The translations under genes and the position numbers were made by a program. The notes under the pieces are model-generated. The model did not search any database. It was not told where the DNA came from and was given only the letters and a program-made list of their open reading frames with translations. From the NCBI GenBank assembly GCA_964449385.1, contig CAYUYO010000001.1, forward strand, positions 36,720 through 100,719: a stretch of DNA of 64,000 nucleotides, written 5' to 3'. Source of the stretch: an uncultured Candidatus Saccharibacteria bacterium (GTDB lineage Bacteria > Patescibacteriota > Minisyncoccia > Minisyncoccales > CAYUYO01). This document shows positions 19,372-30,071 of the stretch, one piece after another. Position 1 is the first letter of the stretch. Every line of letters starts with the position of its first letter.

Positions 19372-20571
19372 TTATTTCTCTATTTTTGTAACTACGCCAG
19401 CTCCTACTGTTTTTCCACCTTCCCGAATAGCAAATCTCTGTTTTTCTTCCATGGCAATAGGAGTAATTAATTTAACTTTTAAGTTAACCGTATCTCCAGG
19501 CATTACCATTTCCGTTCCTTCCGGTAAAGTTATTTCTCCTGTAACATCAGTAGTTCGAAAATAAAGTTGAGGTTTATAACCGGAAAAGAAAGGCGTATGT
19601 CTTCCTCCTTCTTCTTTGCTTAAAATATAAACTTCGCTTTCAAATTCAGTATGTGGAGTAATTGACCCTGTCTTAGCTAAAATTTGACCTCTTTCAATAT
19701 CTTCTTTTTTAAGTCCTCTTAACAAAATTCCTACGTTATCTCCGGACATTCCTTCATCCAAAATTTTGTTAAACATTTCAATACTTACGGCTGTAGTTTT
19801 TAGAACTGAACCTAATCCAACTACTTCTACTTCATCTCCTGGATGAACAACTCCTCTTTCAATTTTTCCAGTTGCTACTGTCCCCCGGCCAGCAATAGAA
19901 AAAACATCTTCAATAGCCATTAAAAATGGTTTTTCTTTTTCTCTTTCAGGTTCAGGAATATATTCATCAACAGTTTTAATTAAATCTAAAATTGGTTTAA
20001 CTGCTTCATCATCAATAGACTTTGCTTCAAGAGCTTTTATGGCTGAACCGCGAATTATAGGAGTTTCATCTCCTGGGAAATTATATTTTTTTAATAATTC
20101 TCTAACTTCAGATTCAACCAAATCAATAATTTCAGGATCATCCACCATATCGCATTTGTTTAAAAACACAACTATTGAAGGCAACCCTACCTGCCTTGCT
20201 AATAAAATATGTTCTCTGGTTTGAGGCATAGGGCCATCAGGAGCAGAAACAACTAAAATTGCTCCGTCCATCTGGGCAGCTCCAGTAATCATATTTTTAA
20301 TATAGTCAGCATGTCCAGGGCAATCAATAAGAGCATAATGTCTTTTTTCGCTTTCAAATTCAGTATGACAAATATTGATTGTTAAACCTCGGGCTTTTTC
20401 TTCGGGAGCCGAGTCAATCTGATCTATACCCTTTTCCGAAGCTTTCATTCCTTTCATTTTAGTAGTCTTAAGAATAGCTGCTGTTAAAGTAGTTTTTCCA
20501 TGATCAACATGACCAATGGTACCTATATTAAGATGAGGTTTCCCTCTTACAAATTTTTCTTTTTCTGCCAT
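19372..20571 (-). CDS. tuf: elongation factor Tu
   Basis: [26 protein letters not shown]. Confidence 0.95.
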   Translation of the reverse strand: MAEKEKFVRGKPHLNIGTIGHVDHGKTTLTAAILKTTKMKGMKASEKGIDQIDSAPEEKARGLTINICHTEFESEKRHYALIDCPGHADYIKNMITGAAQMDGAILVVSAPDGPMPQTREHILLARQVGLPSIVVFLNKCDMVDDPEIIDLVESEVRELLKKYNFPGDETPIIRGSAIKALEAKSIDDEAVKPILDLIKTVDEYIPEPEREKEKPFLMAIEDVFSIAGRGTVATGKIERGVVHPGDEVEVVGLGSVLKTTAVSIEMFNKILDEGMSGDNVGILLRGLKKEDIERGQILAKTGSITPHTEFESEVYILSKEEGGRHTPFFSGYKPQLYFRTTDVTGEITLPEGTEMVMPGDTVNLKVKLITPIAMEEKQRFAIREGGKTVGAGVVTKIEK

Positions 20572-20634
20572 ATTTTTTTTATTATTATTTTACTATATTA
20601 TTATTGTATTGATTTCGACAAGATAGTCAATACC

Positions 20635-22734
20635 TTATTTCTTTTTACCCTCAATAATTTCCTGAACAATATTTTGAGGAACTGTTTCGTAACAATCAAA
20701 TTCCATAGTAAACGTTCCTCTGCCTTCTGTCAATGAACGAAGCGAAGTAGCATAACCAAACATTTCAACTAAAGGTATTTTAGCTGAAATAACTTTTAAA
20801 TTCAATCTATCAGCAGTCTCTTCAATTCTTCCTCTTCTTGCTGATAAATCACCAATAACATCGCCAAAAAATTCTGCCGGAATAACTACCTCTAATTTCA
20901 TAATTGGCTCTAATAAAATAGGTTTAGCTTTTTTGCAAACTTCCTGAAAAGCCATAGAACCTGCAATTTTAAAAGCTATTTCCGAAGAATCAACTTCGTG
21001 AAAAGAACCATCATATAGAGCAACCGAAAGATCTATTAAAGGATATCCGGCCACTACTCCTTTTTCCATCGCTTCTCTCACTCCTTTTTCAACAGCAGGA
21101 ATAAATTCTTTTGGAATAACTCCTCCTTTAATTTCATCAATAAATTCAAATCCTTCACCTCGTTCTTTTGGCTCCGCTCTTAACAAAACATGACCATATT
21201 GTCCTCGGCCTCCAGACTGTCTTATATACTTACCTTCGGCTTCTGCTTCTTTTTGAATTGTTTCTTTATAAGCAACCTGCGGTCTTCCAACATTGGCTTC
21301 AACTTTAAAATCTCGTTTCATTCTATCAACAATAATTTCAAGATGAAGCTCTCCCATTCCGGAAATAATTATTTCTCCTGTTTCTTGATCTCCTTTAACT
21401 CTAAAAGTTGGATCTTCCTCACTCAATTTTTTAAGAGCCAAACCCATTTTTTCCTGGTCGGCCTTGGTTTTTGGTTCAACTCTAATAGAAATTACCGGTT
21501 CCGGGAAAGTAATTTTTTCAAAAATAATCGGATTATTTTCATCGCACAAACTATGACCGGTAAAAGTACTTTTTAAGCCGACAGTAGCAGCAATGTCCCC
21601 TGTAAAAATTTCAGAAACTTCTTCGCGTTCGGCAGCATGCATTCTTAAAATTCTACCAATTCTTTCCTGTTTACCAACGGTCGAATTTAAAATATAAGAA
21701 CCCTTGGTCAAAGAGCCAGAATAAACACGAAAATAAGTTAAAGTTCCAACATACGGATCACTGGTAATTTTAAAAGCTAAAGCAGAAAACGGTTCTGTAT
21801 CTTCAGCTTTCCTTTCAATTTCCTGACCGGTATTGGGATCAATTCCTTTGGTCGACGGTAAATCCATTGGACTAGGAAGAAAATCTACTACTCCGTCTAA
21901 TAATGGCTGAACGCCTTTGTTTTTAAGAGCTGAACCGCAAAAAATAGGAATTAGCTTATAATTTAAAGTTGCTTTTCTTAAAACTTTTTTTAATTCAGCA
22001 ACCGTAATTTCTTCCTTTGCTAAATATTTTTCAACCAATTTTTCATCTTCTGCAGCAACTTTTTCTACTAATTTCTCCCGCCACTCTTGAGCTTTTTCTA
22101 ATAAATTCTCAGGGATTTCTGTTTCTTTTACAATTTGACCAAAATCACCTTCAAAAGTTACCATTTTCATATTTAATAAATCAATTACACCTTTGAATTC
22201 AGCCTCTTCTCCAACAGGCAACTGAACTGCAACAGCTAAAGGAGATAATTTTTGCCAAATAGATTTTAAACTCTTTTCAAAATTAGCTCCCATTCTATCT
22301 AATTTATTAATAAAGCAAATTCTAGGAACTTGAAATTTATCTGCCTGGCGCCAAACTGTTTCAGATTGAGGCTCTACTCCGGCCACGCCGTCAAAAACTA
22401 CTACTGCTCCATCCAAAACTCTGAGAGACCTCTGAACTTCTACAGTAAAATCAATATGGCCAGGAGTATCAATAATATTTATCCGGTATTCGTCTTTTTT
22501 TTCAGAATCAATTGACGTCCAAAAACAAGTAGTAGCCGCTGAAGTAATAGTAATTCCTCTTTCTCTCTCTTGATCCATCCAATCCATAATCGCTTTGCCA
22601 TCATGAACCTCGCCAATTTTATGAGAAATTCCGGTATAAAAAAGTACCCGTTCGGTAACGGTTGTTTTTCCAGCATCAATATGAGCTATAATTCCTATAT
22701 CCCTTGTACGTTCTATTGGATAAATTCTTGGCAT
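20635..22734 (-). CDS. fusA: elongation factor G
   Basis: 699 aa, [17 protein letters not shown], five-domain EF-G. Confidence 0.95.
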   Translation of the reverse strand: MPRIYPIERTRDIGIIAHIDAGKTTVTERVLFYTGISHKIGEVHDGKAIMDWMDQERERGITITSAATTCFWTSIDSEKKDEYRINIIDTPGHIDFTVEVQRSLRVLDGAVVVFDGVAGVEPQSETVWRQADKFQVPRICFINKLDRMGANFEKSLKSIWQKLSPLAVAVQLPVGEEAEFKGVIDLLNMKMVTFEGDFGQIVKETEIPENLLEKAQEWREKLVEKVAAEDEKLVEKYLAKEEITVAELKKVLRKATLNYKLIPIFCGSALKNKGVQPLLDGVVDFLPSPMDLPSTKGIDPNTGQEIERKAEDTEPFSALAFKITSDPYVGTLTYFRVYSGSLTKGSYILNSTVGKQERIGRILRMHAAEREEVSEIFTGDIAATVGLKSTFTGHSLCDENNPIIFEKITFPEPVISIRVEPKTKADQEKMGLALKKLSEEDPTFRVKGDQETGEIIISGMGELHLEIIVDRMKRDFKVEANVGRPQVAYKETIQKEAEAEGKYIRQSGGRGQYGHVLLRAEPKERGEGFEFIDEIKGGVIPKEFIPAVEKGVREAMEKGVVAGYPLIDLSVALYDGSFHEVDSSEIAFKIAGSMAFQEVCKKAKPILLEPIMKLEVVIPAEFFGDVIGDLSARRGRIEETADRLNLKVISAKIPLVEMFGYATSLRSLTEGRGTFTMEFDCYETVPQNIVQEIIEGKKK

Positions 22735-22746
22735 ATCTTAAAAAAT

Positions 22747-23214
22747 TTATCGCGCAAAGTGGGCAAAAGCTTGATTGGCTTCAGCCATTCGATGAGTATC
22801 TTGTTTTTTCTTTACTGCCCAGCCAGTATTATTAGCTGCTGAAATTAATTCTTCGGCAAGTTTTTCCCTCATCGGTTTTCCTTTGGTTGTTTTAGCCGCT
22901 TTAATTATCCAACGCATAGCTAAAGTTATTCTTCTATCTTTTTTCACTTCTCTCGGAACTTGATAAGTAGCCCCTCCAACTCTTTTTGCTTTAACTTCAA
23001 GCAGAGGTGCAGTATTTTTAATAGCAAGTTCAAAAATTTCCAAAGGATCTTTCTTTGTTTTTTCTTTAATTATATCAAAAGCTTTATAAATAATTTTTTT
23101 AGCAATTGTTTTTTTACCCCGCCTCATTATCTGATTAATGAATTTAGTAACAATTACATTACTATATACAAGGTCAGGCACCAATGCTTTTCTTTCTTTT
23201 ATTTTATGACTCAT
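22747..23214 (-). CDS. rpsG: 30S ribosomal protein S7
   Basis: Start placed at [17 protein letters not shown] (S7-like N-terminus); the track ORF begins 19 aa further upstream, overlapping rpsL. Confidence 0.85.
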   Translation of the reverse strand: MSHKIKERKALVPDLVYSNVIVTKFINQIMRRGKKTIAKKIIYKAFDIIKEKTKKDPLEIFELAIKNTAPLLEVKAKRVGGATYQVPREVKKDRRITLAMRWIIKAAKTTKGKPMREKLAEELISAANNTGWAVKKKQDTHRMAEANQAFAHFAR

Positions 23215-23626
23215 TTTTCTTTTCACGTTTTGTTCCGTATTTTGACCTTTCCCGTTTTCTTCCTTCAACACCTCCTGTATCCAGTATTCCTCTAATTATA
23301 TGGTATCTTACTCCAGGCAAATCTTTTACTTTACCTCCTCTAATTAAAACTATTGAATGCTCTTGTAAATTATGACCTTCACCTGGAATATAAGCCGTTA
23401 CTTCCATACCATTAGTTAATTTCACTCTTGCTACTTTTCTTAAAGCAGAGTTTGGTTTTTTGGGAGTAACCGTAAAAACTTTTAAACACACTCCCCTCTT
23501 AAATGGAGAAAAATATCTTTTAGGCCTATTTTTTAAAACATTAAAACTAAAACCCAAAGCTGGTCTTTTTCCGGCTTTTTTAGTTTTCTTTCTATTTTTT
23601 TTTACTAACTGATGAATAGTAGGCAT
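23204..23626 (-). CDS. rpsL: 30S ribosomal protein S12
   Basis: [14 protein letters not shown]...[19 protein letters not shown]; start placed at the MPTIHQL Met. Confidence 0.9.
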   Translation of the reverse strand: MPTIHQLVKKNRKKTKKAGKRPALGFSFNVLKNRPKRYFSPFKRGVCLKVFTVTPKKPNSALRKVARVKLTNGMEVTAYIPGEGHNLQEHSIVLIRGGKVKDLPGVRYHIIRGILDTGGVEGRKRERSKYGTKREKKNES

Positions 23627-23668
23627 ATACAAAAAATAATTTAACAAATAAATCTAAAAGTGTCAAAC

Positions 23669-24295
23669 CTAAAATAACGGCGTACCGACAATTAAAGCGA
23701 AAATCCAATTAATAATATAAACTAACCATTGAAAGCAAAAGAAAATAATAAAAAATAAAATGAAAATTCCAAACTGACTTAAAAATATTTTTACATTTTG
23801 AAATCTTTGAGGTAAAAAAGTAAATAAAATATGAGAACCATCTAAGGGAGGAATAGGCAGTAAATTAAACACTGCTAAAAGAATATTAATATAGATAATA
23901 TAAGAAAACATCAAAGTAAGACCGGAAAAAGTAGAAATTGCCGGACAAAATCTTAATAATAAACCAAAAAATAAAGCGATAATTAAATTTGCCCCGGGTC
24001 CTGCTAAAGCTACTTTAGCTGAGTCGTACTTCTGGTCTCTAAAATTATAAGGGTTAATCGGCACTGGCTTTGCCCAACCAAAAATAAATCCTCCTCCTGT
24101 TAAATTAGCGAATAAAATACAAAAAAGAGGTAAAACAACTGAACCAATTGGGTCTAAATGCTTCAATGGATTTAGAGTTAATCGGCCAGCATATTTTGCA
24201 GTCGGGTCACCCAAATAATAAGCCATTGCCCCATGAGAAACTTCATGAATAACAATAGAAAAAATTAAAATAATAATTAAAAATAAATACTCCAT
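23669..24295 (-). CDS. site-2 protease (M50) family zinc metalloprotease, membrane
   Basis: HEVSHG (HExxH) in the first TM helix, multi-TM, 208 aa. Confidence 0.7.
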   Translation of the reverse strand: MEYLFLIIILIFSIVIHEVSHGAMAYYLGDPTAKYAGRLTLNPLKHLDPIGSVVLPLFCILFANLTGGGFIFGWAKPVPINPYNFRDQKYDSAKVALAGPGANLIIALFFGLLLRFCPAISTFSGLTLMFSYIIYINILLAVFNLLPIPPLDGSHILFTFLPQRFQNVKIFLSQFGIFILFFIIFFCFQWLVYIINWIFALIVGTPLF

Positions 24296-24372
24296 AATAA
24301 TTTCAATAATTTAATTATACTCTATATTAAATATTTTACAAAAATAAAAGTTTCTGTTAAGATAATTTTATT

Positions 24373-24561
24373 ATGGCAAAACAATGTGCAATTTGCGGAA
24401 AAAGAGGAATGATGGTTGGAAAAAGAATAAAATTAAGAGGCAAATATAATCCAACCATTAAAAAAAGAAAACACCCAAACTTACAATGGGTTCTTTTACC
24501 TTCTGGTAAAAGAGTTTTAGCTTGTACTAAATGTATTAAAGCAATAGGAAAACAGAAATAG
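24373..24561 (+). CDS. rpmB: 50S ribosomal protein L28
   Basis: MAKQCAICGKRGMMVGKRIKLRGKYNPT... with a second Cys pair CTKC (zinc-ribbon form). Confidence 0.88.
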   Translation: MAKQCAICGKRGMMVGKRIKLRGKYNPTIKKRKHPNLQWVLLPSGKRVLACTKCIKAIGKQK

Positions 24562-24568
24562 CTTTCTC

Positions 24569-24643
24569 CGGGGTGTAGTATAACGGTTAGTATTTACCCT
24601 TGGGGTGGGTAAGACCCGAGTTCAATTCTCGGCACCCCGACCA
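24569..24643 (+). tRNA. tRNA-Pro (anticodon GGG)
   Basis: Hand-folded cloverleaf: acceptor CGGGGTG/CACCCCG, anticodon stem TACCC/GGGTA, loop TTGGGGT, T-arm CCGAG-TTCAATT-CTCGG, encoded CCA. Confidence 0.8.
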
Positions 24644-24703
24644 ACTTTAAAAGAAATTAGAGACTTGTTCTCTGATTTCTTTTAAAAAATCCAACTAAAA
24701 TTA

Positions 24704-24723
24704 AAAGCCCTGCCGGCTTTTAG
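24704..24723 (+). terminator. putative rho-independent terminator after rpmB-tRNA-Pro
   Basis: aaaagcc-ctgcc-ggctttt hairpin downstream of the tRNA. Confidence 0.45.
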
Positions 24724-24919
24724 GTAGTTCTTCAGGAAAAATTTTCAAGTGGGATTCATAGAGGCAACCCATAGGTTACCATCATTTCAGATTCCCTTTA
24801 AAAAACTTTTGTACCAGAATCTATCTAAAAGTAACAGGGCTACTTTTATTATATCTCTTGCTAAAAAGTTATGTCAAGCAATAAATCTTCAGTTTGTTTT
24901 TACTAAATTCTAAAGAGCT

Positions 24920-25987
24920 TTATAAGTGAAGTACTGCTACCATTTGTTTTATCAAGGATACTACTATCGGAGGAGGCAATAAACTGTATGAAGGAACTCC
25001 TTCATCATTAAGCACCTGCCAAGGCTTTTCAATTATTTTTATATTTTTAGTTTTCTCGTCTTGCTCATAGCTGTACTCTGGAGTAATTTCGTAATCATCA
25101 ACATATTCTTCTGCTTTTTCCACAGGAACCGTATTTCTTAAAAGAATTCTAGGGATCCCATAAAGGGAAAAAGCTTTTTCTATTAATTTTTCATCCATTT
25201 CTAATCTCTTTTGAATTGATTTAATACCTGCAGCGTCACCTTCTTTTTGAATCATCCGAACCTCTTTACAAAGAGGATTATCACAAATTAAATAAAATTG
25301 TTTTTCTTTTTTGTCATAATTTATTTTTGAAGTTGGAAGCAATTTCAAGTTTCTTGAAGTCTGGCAAAGAGGACAAATCCTTCTCCATTTAATTCTTTCG
25401 TCAATCACTTTTTCCGAAACATCAATCAAAACAAAAATATCCTGATCTTCTCTATACCCAATTAAATCACGGAAAAATAAAGAATAAGAAATTTGGTCTA
25501 AGTCTCTTGGAAAGCCATCTACAAAAAGAGCTTTCTTTTTTCTTTTGCTTATTTCTCTTTTAAATAAAGTTAAGATTATTTCAGTTGGTAAAAGCTTTTC
25601 CGTGCTCCTTTTCTCTAAATTGGAAACTAGTTCTTCCAGAGATAGAAATCCCCTATAATTCTTTTCTAAAAAATTGATTAATTCTTTTCTTTTTTCTGGC
25701 ACCTTTAATTCTTTATCAATCTCCCTAATTACATCTCCTATTGAAAAATGATCTATTTTCTCAAAATCAACTATTTCGGCAAACATTTTAGAATAAGTTC
25801 CTTTGCCAGAATTCTTTTTTCCTAATAAATAAACAATGAAACTATTATCTTTTAGAAAGTTTCTCAACTTTTTAATTTCTGCTCCTGCTTTCAATTCAAA
25901 ATAAGCTTTTCTTTCTGTTGGATCATTTAAGTTAAATTTTTGAGTTATTCCCTCTGTTTTAGTTTTAAAAACTGGAAACTGCTGCAT
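24920..25987 (-). CDS. adenylate-kinase-family (NMP kinase) paralog with N- and C-terminal extensions
   Basis: P-loop LLGKKNSGKGTYSKM, NMP-binding motif VDGFPRD, Cys4 lid-like CPLCQ...CDNPLCKE. It is 355 aa against ~215 aa for canonical Adk, which is also present at 8630-9292. Confidence 0.6.
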   Translation of the reverse strand: MQQFPVFKTKTEGITQKFNLNDPTERKAYFELKAGAEIKKLRNFLKDNSFIVYLLGKKNSGKGTYSKMFAEIVDFEKIDHFSIGDVIREIDKELKVPEKRKELINFLEKNYRGFLSLEELVSNLEKRSTEKLLPTEIILTLFKREISKRKKKALFVDGFPRDLDQISYSLFFRDLIGYREDQDIFVLIDVSEKVIDERIKWRRICPLCQTSRNLKLLPTSKINYDKKEKQFYLICDNPLCKEVRMIQKEGDAAGIKSIQKRLEMDEKLIEKAFSLYGIPRILLRNTVPVEKAEEYVDDYEITPEYSYEQDEKTKNIKIIEKPWQVLNDEGVPSYSLLPPPIVVSLIKQMVAVLHL

Positions 25988-26101
25988 ATTTTTATTACAT
26001 AACTTATTTTTATTTTTTAATCAAGGTTAACAAACAACCCAAGGCCGAAAACTTTTACGACCTTGAGTTGAAAGTTGATTGCTCTCTTTTTAAGAGCAAT
26101 C

Positions 26102-26266
26102 CTATTTACCTAAAATCCTAAACATTTTTGTTCCGCATTTCGGACAAGTTCCGGTCATCGCTCTCCTCTTTGTTCCTCCTTTTCCTTTCATACTAACTTC
26201 TTTAGGATTCTCAATTTCTCTTTTTGCTTTGCACTTTACACAATATGCTGTAACTTTTTCTGCCAT
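26102..26266 (-). CDS. small zinc-ribbon protein (CxxC...CxxC)
   Basis: Not in the ORF track. Hand translation gives MAEKVTAYCVKCKAKREIENPKEVSMKGKGGTKRRAMTGTCPKCGTKMFRILGK (54 aa). Confidence 0.5.
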   Translation of the reverse strand: MAEKVTAYCVKCKAKREIENPKEVSMKGKGGTKRRAMTGTCPKCGTKMFRILGK

Positions 26267-26361
26267 AATTATTAATATATTAAAATTAATCTTTAAGGTT
26301 TTTCTCTCGACCTTTATTTCAAGTTTTCCACAGATTAACTTAGCTTAATTTAAGCATAAAT

Positions 26362-27222
26362 CTAAGTCAAGCCCGCACAAAGTTTTGAATATATTATTTC
26401 AATCTCTTTCTTAGTTTTTAATTTCGTTTCTAAAATCGGAATTAAATTGCTAATCGCTTTAAAAATTTCTTTATTATAAGATATTTTCCCCAAAAATTTT
26501 TCCTTTGCCCATTTTTCTATTTTATTACTTAGTTCAGAATTAATATCCCATTTATTTATTACTATTTGGTAAGGAACCTTAAAATGATTAACTACTTCTA
26601 AAACTCTTTTTAAATCGGAAAATCCGGAAAGAGTTGGTTCGGTAATCAAAACTGTAAAATCAGCTCCTTGTAAAGAAGCGATTACCGGGCAGCCAGTTCC
26701 CGGAGCCGAATCAATAATCATTAAATCATATTTGAATTTTTCTGCTTCTTTTTTTATTTCAGCTACTACTTTGCCCGAACCAATTTCCCCGGGATAAAGC
26801 TGTCCGGAAACTAAAGGAAAATTATATTTATTTTTTTTAATTTTGATTTCTCCATTTTGAACCGGTTTTAATTTAATTGCTTTTTTAGGACAAATCGCTT
26901 CACAAGCCCCGCACCCTTCACATAAAAATGGATTTACTTTGGGTTTTCCATTAATCATTTTTATTGCCGAAAATCTGCAATTTTTAGCGCAAAGTCCGCA
27001 GCCATCACATTTTTTATAATCAATTTCTGGCCGAGCAGAAACTGTTACTGGTATAATTTTATCCCATTTTTTTACTCCTCCAAGCCAAATTGCCAAGTTA
27101 GGTGCATCAGAATCGCAATCCACTGCTACTATTTTTCTATCTTTGGCAAAAAGCATAGCCAAAGTCGAACACAACATTGATTTCCCTACTCCACCTTTTC
27201 CAGAAGCAATTACTAATTTCAT
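26362..27222 (-). CDS. MinD/ParA-superfamily P-loop ATPase with inserted 4Fe-4S ferredoxin domain
   Basis: Deviant Walker A GKGGVGKS plus two Cys clusters: CDGCGLCAKNC...CEGCGACEAICP. Confidence 0.75.
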   Translation of the reverse strand: MKLVIASGKGGVGKSMLCSTLAMLFAKDRKIVAVDCDSDAPNLAIWLGGVKKWDKIIPVTVSARPEIDYKKCDGCGLCAKNCRFSAIKMINGKPKVNPFLCEGCGACEAICPKKAIKLKPVQNGEIKIKKNKYNFPLVSGQLYPGEIGSGKVVAEIKKEAEKFKYDLMIIDSAPGTGCPVIASLQGADFTVLITEPTLSGFSDLKRVLEVVNHFKVPYQIVINKWDINSELSNKIEKWAKEKFLGKISYNKEIFKAISNLIPILETKLKTKKEIEIIYSKLCAGLT

Positions 27223-27785
27223 TTAAATTGTTCTAAGATTTTGAAATCTTCTTTTAAAGTTTCCTTCATATTGATATTATAAGTAACTACTGCTGGATGA
27301 TATAAAGGGATAATATTAATACTTTGAAAAAGGTTCTTGACTTTAAAAATCTCGCCATGGATTTTAGAAATTCCTTGAATTTGGTCTTTTAAACCATATT
27401 TTTCAAAAATATATTTTGTAGAGTAATTCCCTAAAGTACAAATTACTTTCGGCTTAATAATTTCAATCTGTTTTTCTAAATAAGGAGTACATGCTTCAAT
27501 TTCGTCTGCCTGAGGATTACGATTCTCCGGTGGGCGACATTTTAATATATTAGTAATATAAATTTCCTCTCTTTTTATTCCGGCTGATTCCAATAATTCA
27601 TCTAAAATTTTACCTGCTGCTCCGCAAAAAGGACGGCCAGTTTTTGCTTCATTTAATCCTGGTGCCTCACCAATAAACATTATTTTTGTTTGAGGATTTC
27701 CTTCTCCAAAAACTATATTTATTCTGGTTTTCCATAATTCACATTTCCTGCACTTCTCAACTTCTTTTTTTAGATCTTCCTTCAT
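27219..27785 (-). CDS. uracil-DNA glycosylase, family 4 (Fe-S type)
   Basis: CRKCELW...GEGNPQTKIMFIGEAPG...FCGAAG...HPA. ATGA-coupled to neighbours on both sides. Confidence 0.8.
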   Translation of the reverse strand: MKEDLKKEVEKCRKCELWKTRINIVFGEGNPQTKIMFIGEAPGLNEAKTGRPFCGAAGKILDELLESAGIKREEIYITNILKCRPPENRNPQADEIEACTPYLEKQIEIIKPKVICTLGNYSTKYIFEKYGLKDQIQGISKIHGEIFKVKNLFQSINIIPLYHPAVVTYNINMKETLKEDFKILEQFK

Positions 27786-28687
27786 GCTTTTAAAAAGCCG
27801 TTAATAATTAAATCTATCGCTTGTTTTTCCGAAAAACCTCGCATTCTCAAATAACTTAACTGTTCTCCGGAAATTCTTCCAATCGAAGCTTCGTGAGTAA
27901 GTTGAGCTAATTTATTTTTGCAAATAAGTTTTGGATCCAAAGAAATTACTGAATCTTTATCAACCATCAACCCCTGACAATCCAAATGTCCTTTACTTTC
28001 AGCTTCAGCTAAAATTTGAGAATAAGCCGAAATATTACTGCCTTTTTCTCCCACTAATCTAAGCTTTACTATTCCTGAAGCTCCTTTTTCAACTAATCGC
28101 AAAGTATCTTTAATTTCAGTTTCGGTTTGAGTACAATTTACTACAATTTTTACATTACAACTTGCTCCGGCGAAAACATCAAACGAGCTTACTATCTTAA
28201 GTTTTTTGGAAGTAAAAAGATTTTCATAGTTATAATCTAATTTTGAATTTTTTTCTAACAAAAATTTATAATCTGGCTCAACAATGTCTTCTCTACTCCA
28301 AGAATGAATATGTTTATATTTTAAAGTAGAACCTTCTTTTAAAATAATTTTTCCTTGAGCTTTATGAATTCCGCAAAGATTTTTACTTAGAGTATTACAA
28401 ACTCCCTGAATTTCTATATTTAAATTTTTTTCTAAAATCAAAAGATTTTGAAGCTCTTGATGAATTTTTTTTGAGGCAATAGAAACACAAGTAAAAAGAG
28501 GAAAGTCAACCTGTTTTTTCACCCAAATAAAATAACCTTCTTTTGGTTTCTTATTAAACCATTTTCTGCTCCATTTAAATTTTTCCCAAGCCTCAGGACT
28601 AGGTAAAATAATAATCCCTTTTACATCAAGAATATTTTTTGTTTTATGGTCAATCTGCCAAAAATGAGCACTTTTTACATTTTTCAT
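27782..28687 (-). CDS. sufD: Fe-S cluster assembly protein SufB/SufD family
   Basis: C-terminal EASIGRISGEQLSYLRMRGFSEKQAIDLIINGF matches the SufBD consensus. Adjacent to sufC. Confidence 0.7.
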   Translation of the reverse strand: MKNVKSAHFWQIDHKTKNILDVKGIIILPSPEAWEKFKWSRKWFNKKPKEGYFIWVKKQVDFPLFTCVSIASKKIHQELQNLLILEKNLNIEIQGVCNTLSKNLCGIHKAQGKIILKEGSTLKYKHIHSWSREDIVEPDYKFLLEKNSKLDYNYENLFTSKKLKIVSSFDVFAGASCNVKIVVNCTQTETEIKDTLRLVEKGASGIVKLRLVGEKGSNISAYSQILAEAESKGHLDCQGLMVDKDSVISLDPKLICKNKLAQLTHEASIGRISGEQLSYLRMRGFSEKQAIDLIINGFLKA

Positions 28688-29390
28688 AACCGTATTTTTT
28701 TATAGTTCGTAAAACTTTTCTATAATCTTTTTCCTTACAAATAATTTTACCTTCAACCATTACATTGGTAATTTTAGGTTTTAAAAAATTCAAAATAGCT
28801 CCAGAGTGAGTAATTAGTAAAATAGAAACATTTTTATCTATAAGCTCTTTTTTAATTATTTTTGAAACCTTTTTTAACTTTTCTAGATCTAATCCTGAAT
28901 CAATTTCGTCAAAAATCACTAATTTGGCTTTTGAAACTAAAACTTGTAGTAATTCGGATATCTTTTTTTCTCCACCGGAAAAATCTAAATTAATTTCTCG
29001 CTCCAATAATTGAGATTCACCTTCCGAACGTTTTAAGGTTGAACCTTGAGATATTCTCGTTTTTGAAATTTTTTCAAGAAGTTGAGAAAGTTTAACTCCT
29101 TTTATTATCGGCGGCGTCTGCCAAGTTAAAAACAGGCCTAATTTTACTCTTTTTTCCGAAGGGAATTTAGTAATTTCTTTTCCTCTAAAAAAAATCTTTC
29201 CGTCCACAACTTTATATTTTGGGTTCCCTAAAATTGTCTGGGCAAAAACGCTTTTCCCTGAACCATTCGGACCGAGTAATGCTTGAGTCTCCCCTTTCTT
29301 CATTTTTAAATTAACCCCTTTCAGTATCTCCTTTCCGTTTCTTTTAACTTTTAAATTTTTAATTTCAAAAAGCATATAAAAAAATTGCAA
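28650..29390 (-). CDS. sufC: Fe-S cluster assembly ATPase SufC
   Basis: ABC ATPase Walker A GPNGSGKS, signature FSGGEKK, Walker B VIFDEIDSGLD. Confidence 0.85.
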   Translation of the reverse strand: MQFFYMLFEIKNLKVKRNGKEILKGVNLKMKKGETQALLGPNGSGKSVFAQTILGNPKYKVVDGKIFFRGKEITKFPSEKRVKLGLFLTWQTPPIIKGVKLSQLLEKISKTRISQGSTLKRSEGESQLLEREINLDFSGGEKKISELLQVLVSKAKLVIFDEIDSGLDLEKLKKVSKIIKKELIDKNVSILLITHSGAILNFLKPKITNVMVEGKIICKEKDYRKVLRTIKKYGYEKCKKCSFLAD

Positions 29391-29412
29391 TTAATCCTGT
29401 CACATTGCTGAT

Positions 29413-29853
29413 TTATTGCTGAATATTTATAGTTGTAGAATCTTTCACATTAATATCTTTGTAGATTACTTCACAATTCAAAGTGTAATCTCCTGCTTTT
29501 ATTCCGCCACAAACATTACATCTCGGCAATTCATAAGAAAACGAAATTTTATTTATCCCCTTTTCTAAATCCAAAATTCTTTCCTTATTAAATCTACCAT
29601 TTATTCCCTCTACTTTAACAATAGTATCTTTTGTTCCAGAATTGGAATAAATCGCTATATCAAGATTTACTAATTCTGATGAATGGTATGTAGTTTTATC
29701 AGTAGAAATGTTTTCTATGGAAATCTCTGTTTGTGTTTCAGGTAATTTTTCAGATTGATTAGAAAAATTATTATATTCTTGTTTTAAAATATATCCTGAA
29801 ATAAGAACTAATCCTATTACTCCTAAAATTATAAAAAATAAAGTCTTTTTCAT
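29413..29853 (-). CDS. membrane-anchored/secreted hypothetical protein
   Basis: N-terminal hydrophobic segment LFFIILGVIGLVLISGY, 146 aa, no motif recognised. Confidence 0.4.
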   Translation of the reverse strand: MKKTLFFIILGVIGLVLISGYILKQEYNNFSNQSEKLPETQTEISIENISTDKTTYHSSELVNLDIAIYSNSGTKDTIVKVEGINGRFNKERILDLEKGINKISFSYELPRCNVCGGIKAGDYTLNCEVIYKDINVKDSTTINIQQ

Positions 29854-29864
29854 TTTTCCAATTT

Positions 29865-30068
29865 TTAACGGAGTGAATTTAATTCTTTAAGTAATTCTTC
29901 AAGGTCAATTTTATACATTTTGCAAACCTGACCGATTTTCAAATTTTCCATTTCAAATTTAGCAAAAGGACAATTTAAACAAGGCAAATCATATTTTGAT
30001 AAAATTTTCTCGGTTCCCGAGTATTTTAAAATCTCAGATAAGGTTGTATCTTTGGTAATTTTCAACAT
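29865..30068 (-). CDS. DUF1858-type redox-disulfide domain protein (hybrid-cluster-protein-associated family)
   Basis: LKITKDTTLSEILKY...KYDLPCLNCPFA...IDLEELLKELN matches my recollection of the DUF1858/TIGR03980 consensus. Confidence 0.5.
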   Translation of the reverse strand: MLKITKDTTLSEILKYSGTEKILSKYDLPCLNCPFAKFEMENLKIGQVCKMYKIDLEELLKELNSLR

Positions 30069-30071
30069 TTA

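Noticed and set aside
21190-21576. 128-aa plus-strand ORF inside fusA, and 22330-22842 small ORFs
   Set aside because: Antisense or shadow ORFs of EF-G; Phe/Asn/Ser-rich junk translation.
24644-24919. 276-nt gene-free stretch after tRNA-Pro, examined as a possible tmRNA/SRP/6S RNA
   Set aside because: No tRNA-like 3' end and no SRP domain-IV motif. Only a terminator-like hairpin at 24704-24723 was recognised. The remainder remains unassigned.
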